From Leucoraja erinacea (Eukaryota), in the NCBI RefSeq assembly GCF_028641065.1, contig NC_073380.1, positions 104,656,001 through 104,720,000 on the forward strand: a stretch of 64,000 nucleotides of DNA, read 5' to 3'. The notes beneath the pieces are model-generated. The model had not been told where the DNA came from, did not search any database, and saw nothing but the letters and a program-made list of their open reading frames with translations. The first letter of the stretch is position 1, and each line of letters starts with the position of its first letter. Positions 26,691-40,800 of the stretch are shown piece by piece. Made by a program: the position numbers and the translations under genes.

Positions 26691-28388
26691 TAACTCTAAG
26701 ATGTTATTTTAATGGTGTAAATGCAGAAATAGTAGAATATTACATATAGTATATTTTTCATATTGGACCATTTTACAGCCATTTTCGGCAGAAACTTTAG
26801 CTCATCGCCAGTTTGGTTCCTAGGGAAAATTAATAAGAGAGCTAGAGAGGTAGGCACTAAGGATGGCAGCTAGCTCTTTCCCCCCAACAACAATTAAAGG
26901 TAATGGGCAGGGAAGAGGTGGCAGTATTGCTTGCAGCAGGCACTGAGGGAAATTTAAATGAATGTGTGAATATAATAATTAGAACAGGCCAGTTTGTCTG
27001 CGGCGGTTCCACAGGGTTTGGACATCTATGGGTGTTAGAAAAAGATGAAATGTTTGTGCACTGATATCCCTCACATTGATGTGGTTTAAATCTACTAAAC
27101 TAAAAGCAATTAGCTCATTAATGAAACAAAGCATGTCAGGGGGCTAGACTTCTCTGGATGTGAAACTAAATTAGGCACTTTTGAAACTAATGCTCAATAA
27201 CATCTGGTGCTTTACCCTGGGGCATTGCAGATATAAACTTGTATTTAAGAGAGAGGTACTTGAAATGCATTTTCTAAGATGTGTTGAAGCATCATAAACT
27301 TTATTTAGCATTTTGAGAACAACATGTTTGCAATTTAATAATTTCAATTTTAACTTGAAATGTTTGATGTCATTATGAACCATTATCCCAGATTAGTCTT
27401 CATTTTGGAAGTTGTTGGGGTGGCTATCCCTCGAGGTCGAGGATGATGGTCTATGTCCCTTTGTTTTTATGGACTCTCAGGCGGCTTATGAATCCAATCC
27501 TGGCTTTGAAAGTTCTTCGGCATTCAGGACAGTTAATTCCAGATGGCGGATCGGGCTTTGGTTGTTGCTGCCTCTCTTTCCGTTTTCTTCTCTTTCTAAT
27601 TCAGCACATCTGTTGACTTCGAAGATCGCTGTTCCTTCTTGGGTGATGGTTTGCCAGAGTTTCCTGACCTTGGCATTGGTTTCCCAATTGTCGATGTCGA
27701 TTTCACATTTCTTCATGCCGGCTTTTAAGGCGTCTTTGAATCTCTTCTTTTGTCTGCTTCTTTTACATTTGCCTTTTTTGAGCTAGGAGTAGAATGTTTG
27801 CTCTGGTAGACGCTCATCTTGCATCCGAACAACATAACTGTCCCATCTTAGTTGGTTCTTGATGATGAAGGCTTTGATGCTAAATGTTTTTGCTTCATTC
27901 AGCCCGCTAACGTTGATCCTCCTGTCATCCCAGCTGATATTTAACATGCTTCGAAGAAATCGTTGATGGAAATTTTCAAATGTGTTCAGATGGCGTTGGT
28001 ATGTTGTCCAGGTTTCTGATGCATACAGGAGCGTTAGAATCATTACTGCATTGTACACTAACATTTTGGTGTCTGTTCGGATGACACAATTTTGAAAGAC
28101 TCTCATTCGAAGACGTCCAAAATCTGTTCCAGCGCACTTAAGACGATGTTGGATCTCGTCATCAAGGTCGACATTGGAGGAGAGGTGGCTTCCAAGGTAT
28201 GGAAAGTGATCCACATTTTCCAGGGTTGTTTCACCAAGTTGAATCGATGGTTCTTTTCCAATTTGTCTCAGTTGGTGAAAATTGGTAGCATCTTGGAGTT
28301 GATGGTAAGTCCATGTTTCGTGTATGCACTGTTGAAGGCAGTCAGGATCTGTTGCAGATGCTTTTCTGAGAGAGCTGCAACACAGTTG

Positions 28389-28995
28389 CAACAACCAACG
28401 GGGAGCGGGCAATGTCTTACCGGGTCGCCATGTGGTAAGCTCCGTAGCGCTGTGGCCGCCGACTCCCAACATCACGGAGCTGTGGCTGCGGGCATCCGGC
28501 CGTGGGCGGCGCTGGATTTGGAGCACCGTGGAGCCAGGGATCGAGTTCGCCGGGGTTGGAGCTCCAACCGGCGTGGCCTGAGGGCCACGAGTGCCCCGGT
28601 CTCCGGTGTCCGGGGAGGAGGCAGCCGCTCCAGACTTTCCAAGCTGCTTGAGGAATTGTTTCACCCGCCGCCGGAGTTCCATCTTTCACGGCAAGAGGGC
28701 CCTGAAAATCATCGAACTGGCTGCAAGGGCCACAAATGGGCCCCGACCTCGGGTGTTTCAGAGGAAGAGGACTTAACTTTCTGGTGCCTTTCACCACAGT
28801 GGAAATTTTTGATTCTGCTGTGGGGGGACGTTTGTGTTGAACTCTATAACGTGTTGTGTCCATTTTCTTTATTTTTTTGTTAACCTTTTTCTATGGTATG
28901 GAAACTTATTAGCTATTTTATGTAAAGCACTTTGGTGTCAATGCGAGTTGACTTAAAACGTACTATATAAATAAAACGTACTTACTTACTTATTT
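28389..28995 (+). mobile_element. Family A retroposon inserted in the RTE RT domain
   Basis: 7-bp TSD ACAGTTG (28382-28388 and 28996-29002); GCCTTTCACCACAGTG hairpin; AATAAA plus (ACTT)n tail. Confidence 0.8.
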
Positions 28996-30736
28996 ACAGT
29001 TGTCGTCTGCGTATTGGAATTCGATGACGGAGCTCATAGATGTCTTAGTTTTGAACTTGCGATGGGCAAGGTAGAAAAGTCTGCCATCCATTCTGTAAAC
29101 GATTTTGATTCCTGGTGGTAGGTCGTCCTGGATAATGTGGATGGTTGTCGCAATGAAGATGGTGAACAGTGTTGGGGAAATTACACATCCCTGTTTCACT
29201 GCTGATCTTACTTGAAACAGCTCACAGTTGCTGTTGCTGGCCATGACAGTGGCAAGCATGTCATCGTGGAGGAGTCTCAGGATTCAAATATACTTTTCAG
29301 GACATCCATAGGTGGATAGGACGTCCCATAAGAATTCCCTTGATACAGAGTCGAAGGCCTTAGTGAGGTCGATGAATGCCATGTACAACGGTTGAAGTTG
29401 TTCACGGCATTTTTCTTGTAGTTGACGCATTGTGAAGATCACGTTGGCTGTTCCACGTGATGGTCTAAAACCGGCTTGTGTCTCTGGAAGGATCTTCTCG
29501 GCTAAAGGCTTGTCGGTTGTTCATGATGCGGGGAAGGACTTTGCCTGCTGTTGCTAATAGGGAAATTCCATGATAGTTTCCGCAGTTAGATCGATTGACT
29601 TTCCTTTTGTAGATGGTAACGATTGCCGAGTCTCTAAAGTCTCGTCGTGCATCTTCATTTATCCAGATCTTGATGAGAATTTGATGCAGTTGGTATTGGA
29701 GCAGGTTACCTCCAATTTTGTCGAACTCGGCTGGTATTCCATCGAGTCCAGCTGCCTTGTTGTTTTTCAAGGTTTTGATGGCTTCCTTGACTTCTTCAAG
29801 TGATGGCAATCTGCTTAGGGAGTCGTCAACGAGCTGCTTTGGAATGGTGTTGATCACATTCCTGTCAAATGAGGCGGTTAGATTTAGATTTTCAAAGTGC
29901 TCCCTCCATCTAGAATTGATGTCAGCATTGCTCTTCAGGATGGTTAACCCATCTTTGCTTTTGAGAGGGGCTTGATCATGAGTGGAAGGACCAAAAATGG
30001 CTTTGGTTGCATTGGAAAAAGCCTTGAGTGTCGTTGACGCCTGCTAGTTGTTGGATTTCCTGAGATTTCTCCCTCCAACATTGGTTTTTCAGGTTGCAGG
30101 AGCTCTTCTGGACTGCAGCCTTGTATTCCTGATAGCACTTCCTTTTAGTAGCCGACTGTTGGTCATTTTGTAAGATGCTGAAAGCTTTTCTCTTCTCATC
30201 GATGAGCTGTTGGAGTTGTTTGTCATTATTGTCGAACCTATCCTGATGGGTTTTTTTTTACTTGAACCCAATTGTTTCCTTGCAGGAGGCCTTGCTGGAT
30301 TCATAGAGTCATAAGTCATTCATTGATTACAATTGGTTGCTCTGTCAGCTTCTGAAGTAGGTTGTTTCAGATGGCAAAACCCAGTCCGTGGATTCACGGT
30401 TGAGCAGGCTCAAGACCTTTTTGGAAAAAGGTGTATTGACCTTGTTCTTCCTTTAGTTACCCTTCTCCGGCCCTGCGGGTCTCACTCAGAGCAACAATGT
30501 CAAAGCTGAATTTTTGCAGTTCTCGAGGCGGTACTTCTCTCTAGTTTGTCTGACTTTGGGTTGTCCGTCAGAGTTCATATATTCCAAGTTCCAAGTTTCA
30601 TTGTTTCCCTTCTTGATGATTCATGATGGTGATCCCTCTGGACACGGCTTTCCAGACAGGACGAGATGAAGCAGATTATTTTTAGAGGACCTTTTCTAGC
30701 CCCATCCCAGTTCAGGGTGAGCAGTGGATCCTAAAT

Positions 30737-31150
30737 AGACAATAGGTGCAGGAGTAGGCCATTTGGCCCTTCGTGCCAGCACTGCCATTCAATGTGATCA
30801 TCGCTGATCATCCACAATCAGTACCCTGTTTCTGCCTTCTCCCCATATCCCTGACTCCGCTATCTTTACGAGCTCTATCTAACTCTCTCTTGAAAGCATC
30901 AAGAGAACCGACCTCCACCATGCTCTGAAGCAGAGAAATTCACAACTCTGTGTGAAAAAGTATTTCCTCATTCCGTTCTAAATGACTTACCCCTTCTTCT
31001 TAAACTGAGGCCCCTGGTTCTGGATTCCCACAAGATTGGGAACATATTTCCTGCCTCTAGCGTGTCCAAACTCTTAATAATCTTATGTTTCAATAAGATA
31101 TCCTCTCATCCTTCTAAATTCCAGAGTATACAAAGCCAGCCGCTCCCAGC
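30737..31150 (-). mobile_element. CR1 LINE 3' fragment nested in the RTE 5' region
   Basis: agacaataggtgcaggagtaggccatt... CR1 3' UTR and RT C-terminus in reverse. Confidence 0.85.
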
Positions 31151-33030
31151 CGCTCCAAATAGGGTTGCTCAGACATGAATACTGCTACCGACCAACTTCG
31201 GTCCAAAGTTGAGCGATTGAATCAAGTATTAACCGCTTCCGTGCCGGAACTTGACGAGGAGCTTCCAGCCATCACGTGGCCTGCCCCCATTCGCCCTTCC
31301 CCTCAATCGCCGAAAGTCTTTTGTGCTGCTCACATAACAAAGATCCTTGTGGGTGTGTACTTGATGTTGCGCTTCAAGAAGCACACTGTCCTTCACAAAT
31401 CAATCAACTTATTCCAATGGCAAAGGAACCAAGATGATTGGAGCTGATAGATCTGTTTCAGCCTTCATCTGCCGTCACAGCTGTTGAGTTCAAGATAACT
31501 TTGTCCTCCTGGTCCGCTGTTGAGGTCTTGTGGGTTGGATCGTTGTTAGTCTGGACGCTCATCCTTGACCTTACCACCATGGGTGGCCCCGACAGAAGCT
31601 GGTGCTTTGGACAGCATCACTCTTGGAATCATGGGGGCACGCAAGCCTCTTCACCACGACAAGGTCAACGACATGAAGAGGTTTGGAAGTATACACATCA
31701 TTAACACTAATGAGGCATTTGCTGTGAAATATTGAACAATACATATAAATACATGTTGCCCACAATGTGTTTTTTAAATACACTGTTCAAGACCCTTTCA
31801 ATGTAGCTAAAGACGGAAGCTGCTTAATTTGAATGGGTTCAGCTGTTTAGAAAACAATAGTGTCACACTTCATTATTCTTTATGTACAGCTGCAATTATA
31901 TTAAGAAGCTGCACATCGCACAGTTCTAAGGGTTCCTTATAAGAGATATGCCTTAATTGAGAAACTAGCTTGCAATCTTAGATATAACATGTCTACAAAT
32001 GACTGCAACATTGCTGGTGTAATCCTTAGTCCAGAACTGAGGTGTCCTTGACAGCCACTCATCAGAGTATTCACTTTGTCACGTCAAATATTTGCAAACA
32101 CATAACATCTGTGGATAGTTGTTTCTCCAGGCTTCATGAGAATTCATTTATACGTCCACTCTAGTTACCTGGTTGCTTGTGGAAGCACCATCCTGTCACA
32201 GCCCACCTTGTTAACCAAATGAGGTCACCTATGGGTAACTAATAGAAAATCATCTGAGGCTATCAAGCATACAGATGTCAGTATTACATTAATATCAAAA
32301 TATAGTTGGACACTTATGCGTTGATTGTAGTCAGCTGCAACTTTAGACCAAAGAAATCTTTGGATTTAAGCTGGTAGCAGAATCACACAATATTTGTAGC
32401 ACAGAAGAAGCTCACTTGGCCTGTTGCATCTGTTGTGATTTTGTGTAAGAACCACTCCAACCAGACACACTGCTTTACTCACTCACCATAGCCTTGCAAT
32501 TTATTCTCATATCAGGGATTTATAATTCGACAACTGAATCTGACTCAACCACAAGCTCAGTAATACATTCATCTACTTCCAGCTGTTTTCCTGGTTTATC
32601 TGTTTTGCACAGAGAGAATGGATTTCAGCCAACAGTACTTCGAAAGTGCATTATATATGTCAGATATACCAGCCAGATGGATTTATTATTTCAGTTTCCA
32701 AAATATCAATGTTTATAATCTTTCCATAAATCTTTCCATCAATGTCCATAAATTGGATCATGCTTAAAAAAATATTATCAATGTCCTGCACAAAACAGGT
32801 CCTGGCTTCACTAGCAACATGGCACAAGGGGATCATATAGATGGGCAAAGGAAATCTCCCCTTGGTGTCCTCACAAAATTATGTTCAAGTTCCATCTGAA
32901 AGAATCAAATGTGATTGCAATTTATGAAGCAAATAAAAACTTAATATAATTAATATTATATCAATATTTCATTCCAGATATAGCTAATTTCTGCTTAAAT
33001 ATGGCACCCGCATGGGACCATTCTTGACCA

Positions 33031-33730
33031 TCAGGTGGCGCCAGCAATGGCTGCCTCGCCAACAGTCTGTCTGTCCCTTCCTTCGTTGTGCTTAAATGGT
33101 ATGTGATAAATGTACATTTTTAGTGTTCTTTAGCATGCTTTATTGTGAGAGGTGAGAGTTGGGGAAACTTTTTCTAATCTCTAACTTCAACTGTGATGTG
33201 ATTTTTTTTCCGTTCCATATCTCCATCCGCACTGCGGCCTAACATCAAGTAGCTGGCGGCCTTTGCTGGAGATCGAGTGTGAGCACCACTGCGGGAGTCT
33301 GCAGACTTACCATCACGGAGCACACGAACCCTTTGCCAGAGATCGACCTCGGTACTCCAAACGTGGGTGCTTGCGGACTTTTACATCACAGAGCTCGTGG
33401 TCTCTGGTTAGTGATAGATTTTGGGGAACTCCAAGCCGCAGGAGTCTCAACCACCCCCACGCGGGAGCTCCGACCGTCAGCTTCGGGAGCTTTGATCGCC
33501 CCGACTGCGGACGGTTCAACTGCGCCGACCACGGGAGAATAAAGAGGAATAAGTTGAACTATTTTGCCTTTCATCACAGTGCTGTATGTGGGGAATCCAC
33601 TGTGGTGGATGTTTATGTTAACTTTTATAGTATGTAGTTGTGTGTCATGTTGCGTTTTTTTTTCATATGGCTGTATGGTAATTCGCATATCACTGTACCT
33701 TAATTGATACACATGACAATAAATTGCCCT
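33031..33730 (+). mobile_element. Family A retroposon (duplicated at 39009-39712)
   Basis: TCAGGTGGCGCC 5' end, GGGGAAAC, GCCTAACATC, GCCTTTCATCACAGTG...CACTGTGGTGGATG, GACAATAAA. Confidence 0.7.
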
Positions 33731-34180
33731 GAGTACAACTGGGGTCTTGTTTTACTGAAAGACCTTTCAATTTCAAAAGAATAATGACATAAATTAGATC
33801 CTCTTGGATGTTCTTTGTGTTTAAACATGCAATTCATTTTGTGAACATTAGAACACACTAGTGATTATTTGGGGGTCACTTAATGACCATTGTGAAATTG
33901 CCCTGCGTACAACTGGAGTTCATGTGGCTTCAACATTGCTTTCACTTGTCAAAATGCTTACATGATGACATCATTTTAATTTGGAAATGTACAAACAAAA
34001 CAGTTTAAAAAAAAACTGATCAGGGGCTTGTTTATTTAGATTTTTCTAAATTAAGCTGCTCAGAAAGTGTGACATTGAAGATATTTTTCCCATATATACT
34101 GACAAAGCTTATTATCATGATTTATTTGTTTACAAAAGAAAGCAGTTATGCGACATCTACACGGCTTGATACCTTATATA

Positions 34181-37100
34181 TTTTACTTCGGAGTCACGTG
34201 AGTGACTTCGTGAAGAACCCCGCTTCCAACGCATGCGTGACATATCGTTACACGCATTGCAACGAGTCACACAGGGGGGGAACGACGTTCCCCAAGCGGG
34301 AGAATTTGAAAGTCGGGAACAGCAGGTAAGAGACTCTGCGTTCCTTTTTTCTACTTACCTTTTAGGAGGCTGTGGAAAGCTGGCGGGGAGACCCGTGGAG
34401 TGCGAGCAGCCGGCAGGAGCAGCAACGGCACGAGTTCCCTGGAGGGGAAAAACCTGTGCCCGACTTCGCTCCCGCACCGGCAAAATTCACTTCTCGGCCG
34501 GGCGGGAAGCAAAGCAAAGAGGTCCCGTATGCCAGTCTCAAGCGAGACTGGCTTGGAGCAGTCGCTAGTGGCCAGCGCGGAGGCAGCAGGACAGAGAGCA
34601 GGGACCAGCGCTGTAAGTACCGGGGGTACACAGGAGGGCTGGAAACGCTCAGCGAGTGCAGCGGCACTAATGGAGCTAAGGAACTGGGGACGTTCGGGCC
34701 GAAAACCTTCTTCAAAAGGTAAGCACCGGGGTTGGTCCAAGGGGTCCCTAGGAACAGCCGGGTTTTACCGGCTGCGGATCTGCCACGAAGGACCAGGCCC
34801 GTGAACACCGGGGTCGGTCCGAGCGGCTCGAACCCGACACGCAGGGAACGACGTTCACCAGCGGGAGAATTAAAAGTCGGGAACAGCAGGTAAGAGACTC
34901 TGCGTTTCCTTCCACTTACCCTTTAGGTGCAGACATGGACCGGGTCCATGTAAGCTGCAGAAAGCCGGCGGGAGAACCGCGGAGTGCAGGCAGCCGGCAG
35001 GACAGCAGCAACGGCAGCCGGCAGCGGCAGCCGGCAGCGGCAGCCGGCAGCGGCAGGAGTAGCGGCAGCCGGCAGCGGCAGGAGCAGCAGCGGCAGGAGC
35101 AGCAGCGGCAGCCGGCAGCGGCAGGAGCAGCATCGGCACATCGATTCCCGGAGAGGGAAAACACCTGTGCCCGACTTCGCTCCCGCACCAGGGGAAAATT
35201 CATTTCTCGGCAGCAGCGCTAACGGCCAGCGCCGAGGCCAAGGACATTGCAGTGCAGTTGACTGGCTGCAATCGACCGCGAGGGACCAGCAATGTGAGTA
35301 CCGGGGTCGGTCCCAGCGGGTTTTTTAGTTACAAAGATCGCTTCTTGGGCCTTTTGGCTAAGATCAACTATAGTAGCTGTTTATTATCAGTTTTAATATC
35401 TTATACGTCCCTTATCTAAGGACCATATAAGCAGGAGTGCCCAGAACTGAGGGCATTAGAGTGGGGTTGACCGGCTGCAACGACCGCAAGGGACCAGTAC
35501 CGTCAGTACGGGGGTCGGTCCCAGGGGTCTGAGATAAAGGAGCAGCCAGGAGCGCTGAGAGCGTTGGAGCCGGGTTAAAGAAATGGAATAAATGGAATCA
35601 GCTGTGCCAGATGTCCTCCACACCAGCCATATCCACTCCACGGAAGGAAGGACAAAGCTGGAGAAGGAGGACCGTGGAACAGCGGGCAGCCAACAGCAGC
35701 CAGCGGCACTTGGATCAACCGTAGTGGGATCAGCTGTGCCCGATGTCGGCCCCACACCGGCCAGATCCATGCAGCCAAGCGGTAAGGCTAGACACAAATC
35801 AAACAAGGTAGTGGACTCAGAAGGGTCCGACTTTGCATAACCGCCGGCAACCAGCGCCCGAGAATGCTGGAGAAGGAAGAAGCGGTGTATGGAGCCTTGC
35901 TCCAACGTGATAACCCACAGCAGTACCTCTTTGAGGGCTGCACAATGCTTCTACCCCATCAGAGGGGAGCACTGTGGGTCAGTTCTGGGCTGACCTGCAA
36001 GAGGGGTCCGCAGAACAAAAGACAAGTGGGCAGCAGGTAAGCCCCACATGGGTACCCCGTGCGGGACCCTAGAGATCTCTAACTCTAAAAAAGAGTAGGC
36101 AGGACCCTGATGGGCCAGAGCCTGGTAAAACAACGTCCCATGATCCTAACACAGCAGGGACTCTGCTGGACATGGTGGCTGATTACTTTAACCAAGTCAA
36201 ACATGGGTAGACTTGGATCCAGGATGGCAATAGTATTACTATATGTCTGGCCACAAACGCCAACAAGAAATATTTACAGAGACTGGCCAGACATCTGCCA
36301 CCTGGCAATGGTGAGGCATTACAGGTGCCCAGCGTAAACCAATGCATTTGGCAGCATATGGGGACGAACATCAGGAACCAGGACCTCAAGATCCAGAAAA
36401 CCTTAACGGGATTGACGGAAGGGATCACAGCATACACCCGCACTCTGGACTAAACGGAGGTAACCAAAGACCATCAAGACGCACTAGCTCTGTTTAGTAA
36501 TATGCAATATGAGCTGAACTAGAATGTGGAAGGCTGCCATTCAGCCAGCACTGGGACCCTAAAAAGGCTACCATTTGCAAACAAAGAACCGTGGGTGAAC
36601 GAAGCAAGACACTGGGGCTCATCAAGGCTAGCGCAAGGGCCTATTTTGGAGCACGATACCAGCCACATGCAAGGCCATAAAAATGTGGCTCATACCAGTG
36701 GCAGTGCCAGAAATCAATATAACCCGCAGTATCCTTTTTGGGGTATGGCCAGGGCGGCCACCCTGGAAGATGCGGAAGCCTCAACCTCACACACAACCCG
36801 AACAAGAGATATCAAACCAGAACCCTTTTTCAAAAAACCAAGGCAATAACACAACCACCGGTAACCATGGAGGTAGGTGGGTGTGGTTTCTTCTGTTAAA
36901 AAAGGGACCCACGATGGTGGGGGAGGGGAGGTTGCATCAATGTATAGTATATAATCACTACAGATTCATATAATCTCAGCAGTATTCAGGATTATCTGAT
37001 AGAATTTTCTCATCCCAATAACCCCAGTACAACATACACCAGAATGGCGTTTTGTCCTTACATAAATCAAACAATCTAAAGCCCACATGGTGCTACAAAA

Positions 37101-37828
37101 ATTGTACACAAAAGGTGTGATTGAGCATACTTTTCATGGAACATTAGAATTTGTATCAATCATATTTATTAAAATAAAATAGATGGGGGTTGCAGGATTA
37201 TCATTGACTTTTCAACCCTAAACACATTCGTTCAAGATATTCATTTTTAGATGGATACTCTTATTACTGATAAAGACTTGGTGTCAGCTGGGTTTTTTCT
37301 ATATGGCAGGCATTGACTCAAAAGAGGGGGAACTTTGGCAATATAGATCTTACCAAAGGGGCAAACATCAGCCCCAATATTATTTACTAAAATTCTAAAA
37401 CCAGCTTGGCATTGTTATGTAAACAAAGCCATAGGGTGATGTATTTCCCCCGTTCGGCCCCATCAATGGGGTACTAGGGGAAATTCAACTACACTCGGCA
37501 TCTGGAATTTTCAGAGTACCCGACTGGCCTACTAAATCATGGTATTCGGTCATACAGGGGATGGTGTTAGAACCATGTTCCCTAATGAACATAGCCAAAT
37601 TTATTAATTCATCCAGTGACTGGGGGGCAGTCATCCATGCCATAAGACTATGGATTTATTGATTTGTAGAGTCTGAAAGACCCACTACACGGCATGGGGC
37701 TGTCAGACAGGACGATGAATCTCATCTCATCTGCACTAAGACTGTCAACACGGAAGCAGTACCTTGGACACATCAAGATATGGGGCATATACTGCTTGGA
37801 CAACAACCTCGACCAAAAGGCCAAGAAC
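34181..37828 (+). mobile_element. DIRS retrotransposon copy 1, truncated in the YR gene by the duplication junction
   Basis: Left terminus ttttacttcggagtcacgtgagtgacttcgtgaagaacccc; same gag and RT relics as copy 2. Confidence 0.88.
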
Positions 37829-40800
37829 ACAATAGTGTCACAACTTCATTATCTTTATGTACAGCTGCAATTATATTAAGAAGCTGCACATCGCACAGTT
37901 CTAAGGGTTCCTTATAAGAGATATGCCTTAATTGAGAAACTAGCTTGCAATCTTAGATATAACATGTCTACAAATGACTGCAACATTGCTGGTGTAATCC
38001 TTAGTCCAGAACTGAGGTGTCCTTGACAGCCACTCATCAGAGTATTCACTTTGTCACGTCAAATATTTGCAAACACATAACATCTGTGGATAGTTGTTTC
38101 TCCAGGCTTCATGAGAATTCATTTATACGTCCACTCTAGTTACCTGGTTGCTTGTGGAAGCACCATCCTGTCACAGCCCACCTTGTTAACCAAATGAGGT
38201 CACCTATGGGTAACTAATAGAAAATCATCTGAGGCTATCAAGCATACAGATGTCAGTATTACATTAATATCAAAATATAGTTGGACACTTATGCGTTGAT
38301 TGTAGTCAGCTGCAACTTTAGACCAAAGAAATCTTTGGATTTAAGCTGGTAGCAGAATCACACAATATTTGTAGCACAGAAGAAGCTCACTTGGCCTGTT
38401 GCATCTGTTGTGATTTTGTGTAAGAACCACTCCAACCAGACACACTGCTTTACTCACTCACCATAGCCTTGCAATTTATTCTCATATCAGGGATTTATAA
38501 TTCGACAACTGAATCTGACTCAACCACAAGCTCAGTAAATACATTCATCTACTTCCAGCTGTTTTCCTGGTTTATCTGTTTTGCACAGAGAGAATGGATT
38601 TCAGCCAACAGTACTTCGAAAGTGCATTATATATGTCAGATATACCAGCCAGATGGATTTATTATTTCAGTTTCCAAAATATCAATGTTTATAATCTTTC
38701 CATAAATCTTTCCATCAATGTCCATAAATTGGATCATGCTTAAAAAAAATATTATCAATGTCCTGCACAAAACAGGTCCGGGCTTCACTAGCAACATGGC
38801 ACAAGGGGATCATATAGATGGGCAAAGGAAAAATCTCCCTTGGTGTCCTCACAAAATTATGTTCAAGTTTCCATCTGAAAGAATCAAATGTGATTGCAAT
38901 TTATGAAGCAAATAAAAACTTAATATAATTAATATTATATCAATATTCATTCCAGATATAGCTAATTTCTGCTTAAATATGGCACCCGCATGGGACCATT
39001 CTTGACCATCAGGGTGGCGCCAGCAATGGCTGCCTCGCCAACAGTCTGTCTGTCCCTTCCTTCGTTGTGCTTAAATGGTATGTGATAAATGTACATTTTT
39101 TAGTGTTCTTTAGCATGCTTTATTGTGAGAGGTGAGAGTTTGGGGAAACTTTTTCTAATCTCTAACTTCAAACTGTGATGTGATTTTTTTTTTCCGTTCC
39201 ATATCTCCATCCGCACTGCGGCCTAACATCAAGTAGCTGGCGGCCTTTGCTGGAGATCGAGTGTGAGCACCACTGCGGGAGTCTGCAGACTTACCATCAC
39301 GGAGCACACGAACCCTTTGCCAGAGATCGACCTCGGTACTCCAAACGTGGGTGCTTGCGGACTTTTACATCACAGAGCTCGTGGTCTCTGGTTAGTGATA
39401 GATTTTGGGGAACTCCAAGCCGCAGGAGTCTCAACCACCCCCACGCGGGAGCTCCGACCGTCAGCTTCGGGAGCTTTGATCGCCCCGACTGCGGACGGTT
39501 CAACTGCGCCGACCACGGGAGAATAAAGAGGAATAAGTTGAACTATTTTGCCTTTCATCACAGTGCTGTATGTGGGGAATCCACTGTGGTGGATGTTTAT
39601 GTTAACTTTTATAGTATGTAGTTGTGTGTCATGTTGCGTTTTTTTTTCATATGGCTGTATGGTAATTCGCATATCACTGTACCTTAATTGATACACATGA
39701 CAATAAATTGCCCTGAGTACAACTGGGGTCTTGTTTTACTGAAAGACCTTTCAATTTCAAAAGAATAATGACATAAATTAGATCCTCTTGGATGTTCTTT
39801 GTGTTTAAAAACTGTTTATTTAGATTTTTCTAAATTAAGCTGCTCAGAAAGTGTGACATTGAAGATATATTTTTCCCATATATACTGACAAAGCTTATTA
39901 TCATGATTTATTTGTTTACAAAAGAAAGCAGTTATGCGACATCTACACGGCTTGATACCTTATATATTTTACTTCGGAGTCACGTGAGTGACTTCGTGAA
40001 GAACCCCCCCTTCGCACGCATGCGTGACATATCGTTCATTGCCACGAGTCACACAGGGGGGGAACGACGTTCCCCCAAGCGGGAGAATTTGAAAGTCGGG
40101 AACAGCAGGTAAGAGACTCTGCGTTCCTTTTTTCTACTTACCTTTTAGGAGGCTGCGGAAAGCTGGCGGGGAGACCCGTGGAGTGCGAGCAGCCGGCAGG
40201 AGCAGCAACGGCACGAGTTTCCTGGAGGGGAAAAACCTGTGCCCGACTTCGCTCCCGCACCGGCAAAATTCACTTCTCGGCCGGGCGGGAAGCAAAGCAA
40301 AGAGGTCCCGTATGCCAGTCTCAAGCGAGACTGGCTTGGGAGCAGTCGCTAGCGGCCAGCGCGGAGGGAGCAGGACAGAGAGCACGGACCAGCGCTGTAA
40401 GTACCGGGGGTACACAGCAGGGCTGGAAACGCTCAGCGAGTGCAGCGGCACTAATGGAGCTAAGGAACTGGGGACGTTCGGGCCGAAAACCTTCTTCAAA
40501 AGGTAAGCACCGGGGTTGGTCCAAGGGGTCCCTAGGAACAGCCGGGTTTTTACCGGCTGCGGATCTGCCACGAAGGACCAGGCCCGTGAACACCGGGGTC
40601 GGTCCGAGCGGCTCGAACCCGACACGCAGGGAACGACGTTCACCAGCGGGAGAATTTAAAAGTCGGGAACAGCAGGTAAGAGACTCTGCGTTTCCTTCCA
40701 CTTACCCTTTAGGTGCAGACATGGACCGGGTCCATGTAAGCTGCAGAAAGCCGGCGGGAGAACCGCGGAGTGCAGGCAGCCGGCAGGAGAGCAGCAACGG

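Larger units (their letters stand above)
27408..31680 (-). mobile_element. RTE-clade LINE, near full length, decayed, with two nested inserts
   Basis: APE start MKLGTWNI...DIVALSET (~30601); KAAGLDGIPAE, GISLL, FIDLTKAFDSV, VKQGCVISPTLF, QYADD, FPYLGS, LLYASETW; RTE-type 5' end CCTTGTCGTGGTGAAGAGGCTTG (~31665). Confidence 0.9.

Noticed and set aside
27783-28883. 299-aa and 263-aa ORFs
   Set aside because: Chance read-through between an RTE fragment and a nested GC-rich insert.
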